Source: an uncultured Gammaproteobacteria bacterium (GTDB lineage: Bacteria; Pseudomonadota; Gammaproteobacteria; JAURND01). From it: DNA of 64,000 nt. Both the position numbers and the translations under genes were made by a program. The DNA is taken from contig CAVQQD010000002.1 of assembly GCA_963714975.1 (NCBI GenBank), positions 576,001 to 640,000 of the forward strand, given 5' to 3'. This document shows, piece by piece, positions 1-11,412 of this stretch; the first letter of the stretch is position 1, and each line of letters starts with the position of its first letter. The notes under the pieces are model-generated. The model searched no databases. It was not told the origin of the DNA and saw nothing but the letters and a program-made list of their open reading frames with translations.

Positions 1-123
1 CAAATGGTTTAGTATCGCTGTGCTATGGCCGCCTCGACCAAACGTCGCATCGACATAAATGCCATTAGGCTCTATTGCTAAATGCGCAATCACTTCGTCA
101 AGTAATACAGGTCGATGCTTCAT
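1..123 (-). CDS. rsmH: 16S rRNA m4C1402 methyltransferase, N-terminal part (runs off window)
   Basis: Manual translation [34 protein letters not shown]; lies directly downstream of mraZ. Confidence 0.95.
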   Translation of the reverse strand, partial: MKHRPVLLDEVIAHLAIEPNGIYVDATFGRGGHSTAILNHL

Positions 124-160
124 AAAAAATGCGTTCGTAGATATTTTTATTATTATGTTC

Positions 161-616
161 TTATAACGAAAAAGACTGCAGTTCCGGTGGCGTCAGTTCC
201 TCTTGGGATTCTTCAGACAACCATCCGTCTCGTCCCGACTGCCAATTTTTCTCGCTCCAAAGCTCAAATTTTTTCCCTTGCCCTACCAAAATGACTTGTT
301 TTTCGAGGTGGGCATAATCACGTAATAAAGTAGGCAATAAGAATCGACCATTACTATCCAGTTCTATTTCAGTGGCATGTCCAATCAGCAGACGTTGAAT
401 TCGTCTGGTGGCTTTATGAAAACTCGGTAGTGCATCGATTTTTGCTTCAATTAACTCCCATTCGGGGAGTGGATAAAGTAATAAGCAAGCTGCTTGTGTA
501 TCGATAGTGAGAATAAGCTGTCCCTTGGATAGGGTTTCCAGACGAGCACGATAGCGAGCGGGTATCGCTAAACGTCCTTTAGGGTCCAGACTTATTAAGT
601 TTATTCCTCGGAACAC
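161..616 (-). CDS. mraZ: Transcriptional regulator MraZ
   Basis: [14 protein letters not shown] and [14 protein letters not shown] motifs; upstream of rsmH. Confidence 0.97.
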   Translation of the reverse strand: MFRGINLISLDPKGRLAIPARYRARLETLSKGQLILTIDTQAACLLLYPLPEWELIEAKIDALPSFHKATRRIQRLLIGHATEIELDSNGRFLLPTLLRDYAHLEKQVILVGQGKKFELWSEKNWQSGRDGWLSEESQEELTPPELQSFSL

Positions 617-1962
617 AACTTTACTCCACTATCACCCACTTTTCTCCACATTATGGCACTAAATTTCCAAAATGCAAGAAGGTGCGCAATGCGCACCACC
701 CGAATTTCCTTCTCCCCTTGTGGGAGAAGGAATAATGACGGACAGTCAAGCTCGCTTGATAATCCCCATGTCCCCACAAGACATGCTACGAGTTTTTGGG
801 GAATGGTGATTTTTTTTGGGGGGGGGAAAGACTCTGGGTTGAGGAGATTTTCCTCCGATCTGGATATAACTTTTGGATCCTTTGGTATTTTAAAAACTTG
901 TTGCGCTTTTTGTTCTTGGATTTGTTGAAATTGTTTTTCTCGTTCTTCTTCTTCATCATCAGAGTGGTAGGATGCAGCATTACTCATCAGGCTTTCTCTG
1001 CTTATGGTAGGGTATACCCCCTTGAAGGTTCGTATATAGGGGGGGCTGGTAGGATCCTGGTCGATGCGGCGTTGGCTTAGATTTAGATTTGAATCATCCG
1101 TCGTTCTTGGTTGCACTTCTGGGGTTTTGGGGATAGGGAGTGTTTCAAGTAGGGGGATATAGCGTGGTCTCGAGAGCAAAGTTTTATAAGCAATTTCGGC
1201 CCCTTCGCCAAACAGGCCATGCGCAAGGCCATAACTTAAATCTTTTCCCACTAGACTGAGCCTAGTTTTCCAAGGCAGATGTTCATCAATCTCGGTGGTC
1301 GAGATTTTGCATGGCTCGGTGAATTGTGCATAAATACTATCGGTAATAATTCGGGCAATGAGTATGGTGATAGAGAGCATCATTAGATAGTGCATTTCTG
1401 TGGATAGAGAGTTTGAGCTAATATTTAGTTTTCTTTTAATAAACTCGAGAGAAAGTTGCGTAGATTGATAGTCTTTAGCGAGCCAAATTGCAGGAATTGC
1501 CGTGACGACAAAATCAAGCGTGTACTCGCTGAGTTTTTTTTCATAATTTTTATTTTGTAAATAGATTTCCTCATCGGATATACGCGCTAGTTGCGTATGC
1601 AGGTCTTTATACTCAGCACTTGCTATAGCAATTTTATAGGCATTAATAGCCTCAATTTTCCTTTTTCGCTGATGCGCTAATTTGTGCAGGGCATTGTCCT
1701 TGTTGAAATAACGATAAAGCGTTTTGAATAAAGAAAGGCAGGAACCTAGAAAAGGTAAACTAAGATTTAAAATACTATGCAGACCCACGCTAATCCAGGA
1801 TGCCCACCCTGGTGCTGGGATATTAGCTTGTGCTTCTAGTTGCGCTTGCTGGTGTGGCTCGGAAAGTTGTGGTTCTTTCCCAGTGGTTGGGGCTTTGGGA
1901 ACCTCTGGGTCATAGTTATCACTAGAATCAGACCTTGATTTTTCTTCTTTGATGTTTTCCAA
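601..1962 (-). CDS. Hypothetical membrane protein, effector-like; true stop probably near 746 or 786 (possible frameshift at a C9A8 run)
   Basis: Long ORF with hydrophobic segments and an acidic DDEEEE tract. The annotated tail reads through a REP and the mraZ promoter. Confidence 0.6.
   Translation of the reverse strand: MENIKEEKSRSDSSDNYDPEVPKAPTTGKEPQLSEPHQQAQLEAQANIPAPGWASWISVGLHSILNLSLPFLGSCLSLFKTLYRYFNKDNALHKLAHQRKRKIEAINAYKIAIASAEYKDLHTQLARISDEEIYLQNKNYEKKLSEYTLDFVVTAIPAIWLAKDYQSTQLSLEFIKRKLNISSNSLSTEMHYLMMLSITILIARIITDSIYAQFTEPCKISTTEIDEHLPWKTRLSLVGKDLSYGLAHGLFGEGAEIAYKTLLSRPRYIPLLETLPIPKTPEVQPRTTDDSNLNLSQRRIDQDPTSPPYIRTFKGVYPTISRESLMSNAASYHSDDEEEEREKQFQQIQEQKAQQVFKIPKDPKVISRSEENLLNPESFPPPKKITIPQKLVACLVGTWGLSSELDCPSLFLLPQGEKEIRVVRIAHLLAFWKFSAIMWRKVGDSGVKLCSEE
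624..678 (-). promoter_or_regulatory. mraZ/dcw promoter with three MraZ-binding direct repeats
   Basis: GTGGAG/GTGGGT/GTGGAG at 10-bp period (644-649, 634-639, 624-629), preceded by TTGCAT-N16-CATAAT. Confidence 0.75.
708..730. repeat. REP-like palindrome CCTTCTCCCCTTGTGGGAGAAGG
   Basis: Same motif recurs near 6275, 15148, 16615, 20733, 20852, 24665, 32522, 36459, 54391 and 60836. Confidence 0.85.
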
Positions 1963-2112
1963 AGTTTTTTCCTATAGATCAGGATGTTACATTAGTGAAT
2001 TATGCGGCAGTTTAGCTGGTGATTTAAAAAATATCATCAATTTGATGGTTTTAGCTTTAATGTTTAGCTAAATAACAACGTAAAGCTCGTTGTCCTGGCA
2101 TCCTGCAGGAAA

Positions 2113-2265
2113 TCCCCTCTCCCCCGCCTGAGCGTCAGCGAAGGAAGGTGGGAGAGGGTTAGGGAGAGGGGGGTGGTGGATCTGGCTCTGCCCTCATCCG
2201 TATGCTTTGCCACATTCATGAGATCCCTCGCTTCGCTCGGGATGACATCTTTCGCTCGGATGACA
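2113..2265. repeat. Composite intergenic REP cluster
   Basis: CCCTCTCCCCCGCC.GAGCGTCAGCGA.GGAAGGTGGGAGAGGGTTAGGGAGAGGGG (also 20755-20812) plus GAGATCCCTCGCTTCGCTCGGGATGAC (also ~15247). Confidence 0.85.
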
Positions 2266-2373
2266 CCTGGGGGGAGGGAATAAAGCCGAGGCTAAAAAAA
2301 CATTGGAAAAAAATCCTAATTTTTGGTAAATTATTGCCATTCAGATTATTTAAAATTAAGAGGGGTGAGATAT

Positions 2374-4539
2374 ATGGCAGAGCAGCCTGAGCAAAAGCAG
2401 GGCGAGAACAAAGAAGAAAATAGTGGGTCAGGGGTGTTTGAGCTAGTGCTTAATGATTCAGCAACCCCTGGAGGGCCTGAGCCACCAAAGGGGACCACCG
2501 ATCCGTCTATTATCATTTCTATCGACCCTAACAGCCCAATTACACCTCTGAACAAGGATTTCAGGCCTTTGAGGGGTGTGGTTAATCCCGATGCTAATCT
2601 GCCTCTTACTGGTAAACTTAAATCCGAAGTTAAAGAAAAAAAGGAACCTTACCCGGATCTGTTCGAGCACAAATACCCATCATTCTCTTTTTTCCACCCG
2701 TCTCATGAGCAACCTACAGAAATAAAAGTCCAGGGGGATGACATTGCCTCATTAAAAGCTCTCGCCGAAAAGATTAATAAAGGCGATTGGTACGAGGCAA
2801 AGAGTTATGTTGTTAATGGTCAGTGGAAAGATTTACGAGATAATCCTGAGCCATTTGTCGCATTTCTAACACAATTTGTAGGCTCGATGGGTAAGTATTC
2901 AGCTTCTTTTACTCAGCGCTTGTTACTATTACGTGAGATGCGGACCAATCTTGTTTTTAGTCCATTCTTTAACTGCCAGGAGAAAAATTATCCTATATTC
3001 TATGCAGCATTAGCATCTAACCAAGGAAAAGTAATCGACGAACTAATACGAGATAATCATAGCGATGTCACAGAATATATTCTTCACTGTGCTGTATATA
3101 AAAATAATGTACCTATGTTAGATCATTTGTTTGGAACAGTGAAACACCAGCGTGATCTGATCCGGAGAGCTTTAAGCATAGCCGTAGAGCATGAAAAAAT
3201 TCAAGGTTTTGCTAGCCTACTACAAAAATTGGACTTGAATTTACCGGAGCATCATCAAATTATCTCGGATCAGGTTTCTAGGATTGCCTTGGGAAATTTA
3301 CCCCCACGCACGAAAAATAAATTTCAAGTTTTATTGTTGAAAAAGTTACAAAAAGCTCCTTTTACATCAAGCGATACTAACTTAGCGGGTCAGGCGCCTT
3401 CTCCGTTCAAATTGGTTTTAGACTATTTCAAGTCAGATGCACCAGCTGATGATTATTGGGATCAAGTGATCCCTTATGTCATGCAATCGCCGGAAGAAGA
3501 GAAAAAAAACGGCATGGCCACAGAACACAAAGAGGAATCAAGTTATCTAAAGATTCCAGCGAAGAAAGAAAGGGCAGGGAAATTACGTTGCAGTCAAGCT
3601 CTTGCTGCAGCTGCACAAGCCCCAATTGAGGGTGAACATAGTTTTTTTGAAAAATTAGTAAAGTATGTGCGTGAGAAAATTGCCATTGAGCTAAATTACC
3701 ATGAAAACTTTCATATTGTGGGGGGTATACCGGAAGAACTAGAACGTAAGCCTGGTGTTCTCTATGTTGTACTAGGTTCTTCACAGGTAGAAGTTGCTTC
3801 TGCGAAAGCTAAACAAAAAATAGTAATGAAAGATGGGGCGATAATCCAAGCTGTAACTGAGATTGTGGGAAATCAAAAGGGTCAAGATGCAATTGGCAAT
3901 ATTATATCAATATGTGGTTTTGTTCCTGATGGTTTTACTAAAGCTAAGAAAGAACTTATTTCTTACGTCACTGAAGAACTTGACTATGTAATAGAGTCTA
4001 GTGCTAATAATTCTGGGTTCCATTTCCTCCCTGATTATGCCACTCGATTAATGAATGTAAAACAGCAATTGGAAGAAGAATTGGCTCGTGATTGGGATAC
4101 CGCTCATAGAAAACGCTGGGCAGCTCTAACTGCGGCTTTTGCCAAAATGGGAAGTTTGCACGATAGATGGCATCATCGTAGAGCGCCTGCTCCTTCGTTC
4201 CATGAATTTATGTTGGCTTATCAGGAGATTTTGCAGCGCTGTGATGCTTTACCAGAATTAATGCAGCGTAAAAAATGGACTAAGTTAGGCTTTTATTGGG
4301 GGTTGCCAATAATGTTGGCAATACCAGGAATCTGCATTTTAGGGATACCGCCTGTTACTGATGCGCTCATGAATTTAGTAAACGCACCTAGTCTTACTAC
4401 TTTTATTACGTATAACATTTTTCCAGTATATACTTTCCTCCTTACTGCATATGCCGTGGTAAGGAAATATGTGGAGGAAAATAAATTGTTAGAGGATCCT
4501 TTGCTTAGCCAGGCCAAAGCGCTGAGTGCGCCAGGGTGA
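2374..4539 (+). CDS. Large hypothetical protein with ankyrin-like helical repeats and two C-terminal TM segments; candidate effector
   Basis: ATG after GAGGGG; PIFYAALASNQ, ILHCAVYKNN and ALSIAVEHEK resemble ankyrin helices; hydrophobic C-terminus. Confidence 0.7.
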   Translation: MAEQPEQKQGENKEENSGSGVFELVLNDSATPGGPEPPKGTTDPSIIISIDPNSPITPLNKDFRPLRGVVNPDANLPLTGKLKSEVKEKKEPYPDLFEHKYPSFSFFHPSHEQPTEIKVQGDDIASLKALAEKINKGDWYEAKSYVVNGQWKDLRDNPEPFVAFLTQFVGSMGKYSASFTQRLLLLREMRTNLVFSPFFNCQEKNYPIFYAALASNQGKVIDELIRDNHSDVTEYILHCAVYKNNVPMLDHLFGTVKHQRDLIRRALSIAVEHEKIQGFASLLQKLDLNLPEHHQIISDQVSRIALGNLPPRTKNKFQVLLLKKLQKAPFTSSDTNLAGQAPSPFKLVLDYFKSDAPADDYWDQVIPYVMQSPEEEKKNGMATEHKEESSYLKIPAKKERAGKLRCSQALAAAAQAPIEGEHSFFEKLVKYVREKIAIELNYHENFHIVGGIPEELERKPGVLYVVLGSSQVEVASAKAKQKIVMKDGAIIQAVTEIVGNQKGQDAIGNIISICGFVPDGFTKAKKELISYVTEELDYVIESSANNSGFHFLPDYATRLMNVKQQLEEELARDWDTAHRKRWAALTAAFAKMGSLHDRWHHRRAPAPSFHEFMLAYQEILQRCDALPELMQRKKWTKLGFYWGLPIMLAIPGICILGIPPVTDALMNLVNAPSLTTFITYNIFPVYTFLLTAYAVVRKYVEENKLLEDPLLSQAKALSAPG

Positions 4540-4545
4540 GGGACT

Positions 4546-5232
4546 TCACAACCCCCAATCAATCTCCTTTTTGCCCATCTGCTGCAGTAACGCATTGGTC
4601 CTGGAAAAATGTTTGCAGCCAAAGAAACCCCGATGCGCTGATAAGGGTGAGGGATGGGCGGCTTTTAAGATGTAATGCTTGGTTGGATCAATGAGTTCTC
4701 CTTTGCGTTGCGCAGGGGATCCCCAAAAAATAAAAATCAATCCTGCTTTTTCTGCATTGAGGATTTCAATGACTTTGTTGGTGAAGAGTTCCCAGCCGAT
4801 CTTGGCATGAGAATGCGGCAGTCCGGCTTCGACGGTTAAGATGGTGTTGAGTAATAACACCCCTTGCTTGGCCCATTTTTCTAGGCAACCCTGCTTAGGA
4901 ATTGGAACGCCCAGATCATTATGCAGTTCCTTAAAAATATTTTGTAATGAAGGGGGTGGGGTAATCCCGAGTGGTACGGAAAAACATAGGCCGTGCGCTT
5001 GGTTAGGGCCATGGTAAGGGTCTTGGCCGAGAATCACTACATTCACTTCCGCAAACGGGGTGTAGCGAAAGGCATTGAAAATGTCAGAATTTTTCGGGTA
5101 AATTTTCTTACCTGTCGCGGCCGCTTTTTTGAGAAAATCGAGGATCTGCAAAAAATAGGGTTGTTGTTTTTCATCAGCCAGTAAATTTTGCCAGGTTTTA
5201 TTAGCGAGAACCGCTGTTTTATTGTTATCCAT
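4546..5232 (-). CDS. ung: Uracil-DNA glycosylase
   Basis: GQDPYH, GVLLLN and HPSPLS motifs; start placed at MDNNK after GGAG. Confidence 0.97.
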   Translation of the reverse strand: MDNNKTAVLANKTWQNLLADEKQQPYFLQILDFLKKAAATGKKIYPKNSDIFNAFRYTPFAEVNVVILGQDPYHGPNQAHGLCFSVPLGITPPPSLQNIFKELHNDLGVPIPKQGCLEKWAKQGVLLLNTILTVEAGLPHSHAKIGWELFTNKVIEILNAEKAGLIFIFWGSPAQRKGELIDPTKHYILKAAHPSPLSAHRGFFGCKHFSRTNALLQQMGKKEIDWGL

Positions 5233-5243
5233 GGTGACTCCAA

Positions 5244-6263
5244 ATGTATATTTTAGGCATTGAAACCTCGTGTGACGAAACCGCTGTGGCGATTTACGCG
5301 ACCGAGGGAGGGTTGTTGGCGCACACATTATATAGTCAAATTGATTTACATGCGCAATATGGCGGAGTAGTGCCTGAGCTGGCTTCGCGTGACCACGGGC
5401 GCCGCTTGTTGCCACTGGTGCGCCAAGTTCTGAGTGAGGCCCAGTTAAGCCTGCAACAACTTACCGGCATTGCCTATACCCAAGGCCCTGGATTAATCGG
5501 CGCCTTATTAGTGGGTGCTGCCTTTGCTCGTAGTTTAGCTTGGGCCTTAACTATTCCTTGCTTAGGGGTGCACCATCTGGAAGGGCATTTGTTAGCGCCA
5601 ATGTTAGAAGCCAAGGCGCCGGTTTTTCCATTTGTAGCGTTGTTAGTTTCCGGTGGGCATACTTTGTTAGTGGCCGTTGAAGCTTTGGGGCGTTATCAGG
5701 TGTTGGGTGAGACTTTGGACGATGCTGTGGGAGAGGCTTTTGACAAGACGGCAAAATTATTGGGGCTTCCTTATCCTGGCGGGGCGCAGCTGGCGCAGTT
5801 GGCTTTGCATGGCAACCTTCAGCGCTTTCATTTTCCTCGACCCATGATCGATCGTCCTGGGGTGGAGTTTAGCTTTAGTGGTCTTAAAACTTTTGCGCGT
5901 AATACTTTGCAGATGGCGGGCGACGATCCCCAAACTAAAGCAGATATTGCCTGTGCTTTTCAGCAAGCCATTGTGGATACCTTACGGATTAAATGTCAGC
6001 GGGCACTGGCAATGACTGGGATAAACCGGCTGGTGGTGGCGGGGGGAGTAGGGGCGAATCAAGCTTTGCGTACTGCGTTGCAGAATCACTTAGCTCCACA
6101 GGGCGTCGAGTTATTTTTCCCGCGTAAAGAATTTTGCACGGATAACGCCGCCATGATTGCCTATACCGGCTATCAGCGTTTAAGTGCTGGTCAGCGTGAT
6201 TTTGGCTTGGAAATCCAGGTCAAACCGCGCTGGCCAATTGAAGAGTTAGCTGCGGTGGGATAG
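5244..6263 (+). CDS. tsaD: tRNA t6A37 threonylcarbamoyltransferase
   Basis: [23 protein letters not shown] and DNAAMI motifs. Confidence 0.98.
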   Translation: MYILGIETSCDETAVAIYATEGGLLAHTLYSQIDLHAQYGGVVPELASRDHGRRLLPLVRQVLSEAQLSLQQLTGIAYTQGPGLIGALLVGAAFARSLAWALTIPCLGVHHLEGHLLAPMLEAKAPVFPFVALLVSGGHTLLVAVEALGRYQVLGETLDDAVGEAFDKTAKLLGLPYPGGAQLAQLALHGNLQRFHFPRPMIDRPGVEFSFSGLKTFARNTLQMAGDDPQTKADIACAFQQAIVDTLRIKCQRALAMTGINRLVVAGGVGANQALRTALQNHLAPQGVELFFPRKEFCTDNAAMIAYTGYQRLSAGQRDFGLEIQVKPRWPIEELAAVG

Positions 6264-6321
6264 AATTCCCGCTCCCCTCTCCCGCTTGCGGGAGAAGGAA
6301 TTTATTCAACAAGGATCCCCT

Positions 6322-8253
6322 ATGCCAATTATTACTTTGCCCGATGGGCATACTAAACATTTCCCCCAACCGGTAACTGTGGCTGAAGTCGCAGCGAGTA
6401 TAGGTTCTGGTCTAGCTAAAGCGGCGTTGGCTGGAAAAGTGAACGGCCAATTGGTTGATACTTCCTACTTGCTGGAGCAAGATGTCGAAGCCAATCTGGC
6501 CATCATTACTGACAAAGATCCGGAAGGCCTGGAAATACTCCGGCATTCGTCGGCGCATTTATTAGCTCACGCCGTGAAACAATTGTTTCCGCAAGCACAA
6601 GTGACGATTGGACCGGTTATTGCCGATGGTTTTTATTATGATTTCTCTTATCCACCTGGTTTCACTCTTGACGATTTGCTTGCGATTGAAGCACGGATGC
6701 GCGAACTAGCGGCGCAGGATTTCTCCGTCAGCCGCAAGGTGGTGACCCGGGAAGAAGCCTTGGCTTTTTTTCGAGCCCAAGGTGAAATTTACAAGGCGCA
6801 GATTATCGAGGCTATCCCCGAAACCGAAACACTCAGCTTGTATCAACAAGGCGATTTCGTCGATCTCTGCCGCGGCCCGCATGTACCGCGTACCGGAATG
6901 TTAAAAGTATTTAAATTAACGCATTTAGCCGGCGCTTATTGGCGGGGTGATGCTAATAATGAAATGCTGCAGCGGATTTATGGCACGGCTTGGTCGGATA
7001 AAAAAGCTTTAGAGGATTATCTGCATCGACTCGAAGAAGCTGAAAAACGTGATCATCGTAAATTGGCAAAGAAATTAGATTTATTTCATTTGCAAGAAGA
7101 AGCTCCAGGAATGGTGTTTTGGCATCCGGATGGTTGGACGATTTATCAAACGATCGAGCGCTATCTACGTCGCAAACTGCGTCAACAGGATTATCAGGAA
7201 ATCCGTACCCCGCAATTATTGGATCGAAGTTTATGGGAAAAATCCGGCCATTGGGACAAATTTGGCGAGGATATGTTTTATTCTGAATCGGAATCGCGGC
7301 ATTTTGCTATTAAGCCCATGAACTGTCCTTGCCATGTCCAAGTGTTCAAGCAAGGCTTGCGTAGTTATCGAGATTTGCCATTGCGCCTAGCTGAATTTGG
7401 AGTGTTACATCGTAATGAATCCTCGGGTAGCTTGCATGGCTTATTGCGTGTGCGCAGTTTTGTGCAAGATGATGGGCATATTTTCTGTACTGAAGAACAA
7501 ATTGTTTCAGAGGGGGTGCGCTTTATTCAGCAACTGCGTGAGGTGTATGCGGATTTTGGCTTTAATTCCATTATCGTCAAATTATCTACTCGTCCTGATA
7601 AACGCATTGGCAGCGATGAGATTTGGGATAAGGCTGAGCAAGCACTGAAAGAGGTACTCAATGCCAGCGATATGGCTTGGGAATTGCAGCCCGGCGAGGG
7701 GGGGTTTTACGGTCCTAAATTGGAATTTTCGCTCCGTGATTGCCTGCAGCGGGTTTGGCAGCTAGGGACCTTGCAAGTGGATTTTTTTATGCCAGAACGC
7801 TTAGGCGCTTATTATATTGCAGAAGATAATTCGAAGCGCGCGCCAGTGATGCTGCATCGCGCAGTGATTGGTACTTTTGAGCGCTTTATTGGCATTCTCC
7901 TCGAAGAATATGCCGGCAATTTGCCGCTGTGGCTTGCGCCAGTGCAGGTAGTAGTCATGAATATTACCGATCAGCAACGCAAATATGTACAGCAGGTCAC
8001 TGAATCACTAAAAACTCAGGACATTCGTGCGATTGCTGACCTGAGAAACGAGAAAGTAGGCTTTAAAATCCGTGAACATAGCATGAAGCATGTTCCCTAT
8101 CAGCTGATTTTAGGCGATCGCGAGTTACAGACTAATACGGTGGCAGTGCGGAATCGAGCTGGGGAAGATTTAGGCAGTATGTCATTAGAGTCATTCGTGG
8201 CGCAGCTGGCGCTTGGACCTTCCCTTAAGAAAAAACCACATTACATTGTTTGA
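6322..8253 (+). CDS. thrS: Threonine-tRNA ligase
   Basis: [12 protein letters not shown] start, [21 protein letters not shown]. Confidence 0.98.
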   Translation: MPIITLPDGHTKHFPQPVTVAEVAASIGSGLAKAALAGKVNGQLVDTSYLLEQDVEANLAIITDKDPEGLEILRHSSAHLLAHAVKQLFPQAQVTIGPVIADGFYYDFSYPPGFTLDDLLAIEARMRELAAQDFSVSRKVVTREEALAFFRAQGEIYKAQIIEAIPETETLSLYQQGDFVDLCRGPHVPRTGMLKVFKLTHLAGAYWRGDANNEMLQRIYGTAWSDKKALEDYLHRLEEAEKRDHRKLAKKLDLFHLQEEAPGMVFWHPDGWTIYQTIERYLRRKLRQQDYQEIRTPQLLDRSLWEKSGHWDKFGEDMFYSESESRHFAIKPMNCPCHVQVFKQGLRSYRDLPLRLAEFGVLHRNESSGSLHGLLRVRSFVQDDGHIFCTEEQIVSEGVRFIQQLREVYADFGFNSIIVKLSTRPDKRIGSDEIWDKAEQALKEVLNASDMAWELQPGEGGFYGPKLEFSLRDCLQRVWQLGTLQVDFFMPERLGAYYIAEDNSKRAPVMLHRAVIGTFERFIGILLEEYAGNLPLWLAPVQVVVMNITDQQRKYVQQVTESLKTQDIRAIADLRNEKVGFKIREHSMKHVPYQLILGDRELQTNTVAVRNRAGEDLGSMSLESFVAQLALGPSLKKKPHYIV

Positions 8254-8259
8254 GTATCT

Positions 8260-10786
8260 CATGATCCCAAAAAACCTTACTCCAGAAGTCGTCAAGTCCT
8301 TATTTAACGAAGTCTTTTTCTCTCGTGGTGAGGAATACCATAATGAGGGCAAGGTAAAATTGCTTGACATCCAGCAGAAGAAAAACCATCGGTGGAGGGT
8401 GTCCTCCGAAGTCCAGGGCAGTGATCCCTATGATTATAATGTGGATACCCAAATTGAACAAAAAGGAAATCGCTTCATTATTCGGGGAAAGTGCACCTGT
8501 CCCCTGTCTTTATCTAACTGAAAAGGAGGTCCAAATACAACGCAAAAATCAGTGGTCAGTCGAGAGGGTAAAGCTTCCGCTAGCCTAGCCACAGTGAGTT
8601 TTCGCTATGGAATTGCCCAAATCCCCTGGGAAGATTCAAGGCAGATTGTCCATGCTTTTAATGGCAAGGAGCTTGCCCAGTACAATAGAGATCTTATTGC
8701 TGAGGAAACTGCCCTACGTTACCTCACGCAGACTCATCACCTGAGTCCCATTGCATCCGAGCATCTTTCATTCAATATACCCTCCAATATCACCTCTTCG
8801 AGCAATTCGAACAGTTTTTTGCTCGGACCGGATGATGAGGCCGATCCGAATACATTTACCCTTGAGGTCCTGCCAAAGTTACGCCATGCAGGATGGCAGA
8901 TTGATATTGACAGCGACTATCCCTGGGACATCATCGATGTGCCTATGGATGCTTGGTATGCCAATCTTGAAGAAGATAGTAGTGGCATTGACTGGTTTGG
9001 GTTGGAACTTGGCATTCTATCGCCCTCTGGCGAAAAGATAAATCTCTTGCCCATCTTGCAACGCTATCTTGCAAATCCGCCCAAAGATTCTGACACAGCA
9101 AAAAAGATGATCACCCGTTTAGAGGACGGAAGAAAAATTGCCCTTCCTATGGAAAGAATTAAAAATGCGGCCAATATACTGATTGATATTTTCAGTCGCA
9201 CCACCGGATCTGTTGATATACTGCGTCTTTCCCGTCTTGAAGCGATGCGACTAGCCGGACTCAAAAGCGCACTCAATGCGGCAGCATTGCGCTGGCATGG
9301 TGAGCACGAAATTCTGGAAACGGCTAAAAAACTCTCAACATTAGACGGTCTTCAAGAAGTTTCTATCCCTGGGCTATTTCAGGGCCAGCTTCGCCCCTAT
9401 CAACAAAAAGGCCTAAATTGGTTGCAATTTCTCAGGGAATATCAATTCAGTGGGATTCTGTCGGATGATATGGGGCTTGGAAAAACCATTCAAGCCATTG
9501 CGCACATCAGTGTGGAAAAACACTCTGGACGGCTGCAAAAACCAGTGCTGGTGTTAGCTCCCACCAGCCTGATGTTTAACTGGCAGGCTGAACTCGAGCG
9601 ATTTTCTCCCGATCTTCGGGTATTGCTTCTCCATGGCGCCCAACGTAGGCAGCATCATGACAAGATCAATGAATCTGATGTTGTGCTAACCACCTACCCG
9701 TTGTTGGCGAGGGATAAGGGAGTTCTTTTGAAACACGAGTTTCATCTGCTAATCCTCGATGAGGCGCAGGCTATTAAAAACTACCGTACTCAGGCCGCCC
9801 AGATCGTTATGCAAATTTGTGCCAGACACCGGCTTTGCATGACAGGAACTCCGATGGAAAATCATCTTGGTGAGCTGTGGTCCTTATTTCACTTTATGAT
9901 GCCTAGATTTCTTGGCACAGAAAAACAGTTCAGAACCCTGTTCCGAATCCCCATTGAAAAAGAACAGAATGAAGGCAGGCGTAAAAACCTTGCGCGTATT
10001 GTTGCCCCATTCCTGCTGAGAAGAAAAAAAGCCGATGTTGTCAAGGAACTACCAGACAAAACAGAAATCTTACAGACTGTTGAGCTCGATACTGAGCAGC
10101 GTGATCTCTACGAGACAATTCGTCTTTCAATGCAGAAAAAACTGCGTGAATCAATAAAAAAAATGGGGCTTGCGCGCAGTCATATCATGATTTTGGATGC
10201 TCTACTGAAGTTACGTCAAATATGCTGTGATCCCCGCCTGCTGAAGGGAGACCCAAAAGCCAACAAGCTGCCTTCGGCAAAGCTTGATCTATTGATGTCC
10301 ATGCTTCCCGAGCTGGTAGAGGAAGGACGACGGATTTTGCTGTTCTCGCAGTTTACTGAGATGTTAGGCCTGATCGAACAAGAGCTGAATGCCATCCAGA
10401 TACCTTATGTCATACTGACAGGTCAAACCCGAGACCGCAGGAAGCCTGTTGAGAATTTTCAATCCTGTAAAGTAACGATTTTTCTTATTAGCTTGAAAGC
10501 AGGTGGAACTGGCTTAAATCTGACTGCAGCAGACACAGTGATCCATTATGACCCTTGGTGGAATCCCGCAGTAGAAAATCAAGCGACCGACCAGGCACAC
10601 CGCATTGGACAGGACAAAAAAGTTTTTGTATACCGTCTTGTGACACAGGGCACAGTTGAGGAAAAGATCGTGGAGCTCCAGCAACGCAAACACGCGTTGG
10701 CAGAGAGCCTTTTGAATACCGATGCTAAAAGTGGCTCAGCATTCTCTATGGATGACTTGCAGATCCTGCTTGGGCCGCTTAAGTAG
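8260..10786 (+). pseudogene. SWIM-finger SNF2/SWI2 helicase, disrupted (N-terminal fragment 8260-8521; helicase ORF 8552-10786)
   Basis: FSRGEEY..CTCP half-SWIM, then frame breaks; DDMGLGKT, DEAQ, TGTPMEN and WWNPAVENQA motifs in the long ORF. Confidence 0.8.
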
Positions 10787-11270
10787 GAGGCTGGGAAGGG
10801 GTTGTTTTTAAAACAAACCGCTTGCCAGAAAATGCTAAACCAATCTGCAGTTTATCACTGGCAGTTAAGTGTGGACTCTCCGGCAGAATATGCTGATATT
10901 CCTGATAAAGCTGTGCCATCATGGCTTCCATCATTCGATAGGCGGTCGCAAACTGATTATTTTTCACCTCTTTAAAGGTGACAAAGATCACGGGGTAACG
11001 GCCCTGATGTTGCATATATTCATTACCTAAGGCAGCAATCTTCGTGCCATCAAATAAACCTTGGGTGGGCTTGCCCTGGGCTTTAGCGGTCAAAAAGTAG
11101 TGCAGCATGGACAAATTTAAGGTCTTACCAAATCGGCGAGGGCGGGTGATCACAGCGACTTCAGTGGCTTTATCATCAAGGATTTCTTGAATAAATAAAC
11201 TTTTATCAACCCAATCGAGTTGTTTATCTCTAATTTTTTTAAAATCATCATACCCTAATGGTAGTTGCAT
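10779..11270 (-). pseudogene. AAA-ATPase-like/PD-(D/E)XK family gene with a large internal deletion
   Basis: LPLGYDDF..VDKS..RPRRFGKT N-terminus joined directly to a C-terminal-type IGLAFSGK motif. Confidence 0.75.
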
Positions 11271-11412
11271 AAAAAAGCATCTCGCTAAGGGAAATTTATC
11301 TGAATTCGTAACTATTCACCGCATTGCCAAAGTTGTCAATTTTTTTATGGACTTTATTTGGTTGTTCTGTATAATTTTTTGATAAATTTCAGTCAAATAG
11401 AGTTATAAATCC

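Noticed and set aside
2290-2350. PmrA-like box upstream of the 2374 gene
   Set aside because: CCTAAT/GTAAAT half-sites and the -10 are too degenerate.
5233-5415. Long N-terminal extension of ung
   Set aside because: It overlaps tsaD antisense; MDNNK with a GGAG RBS fits normal Ung length.
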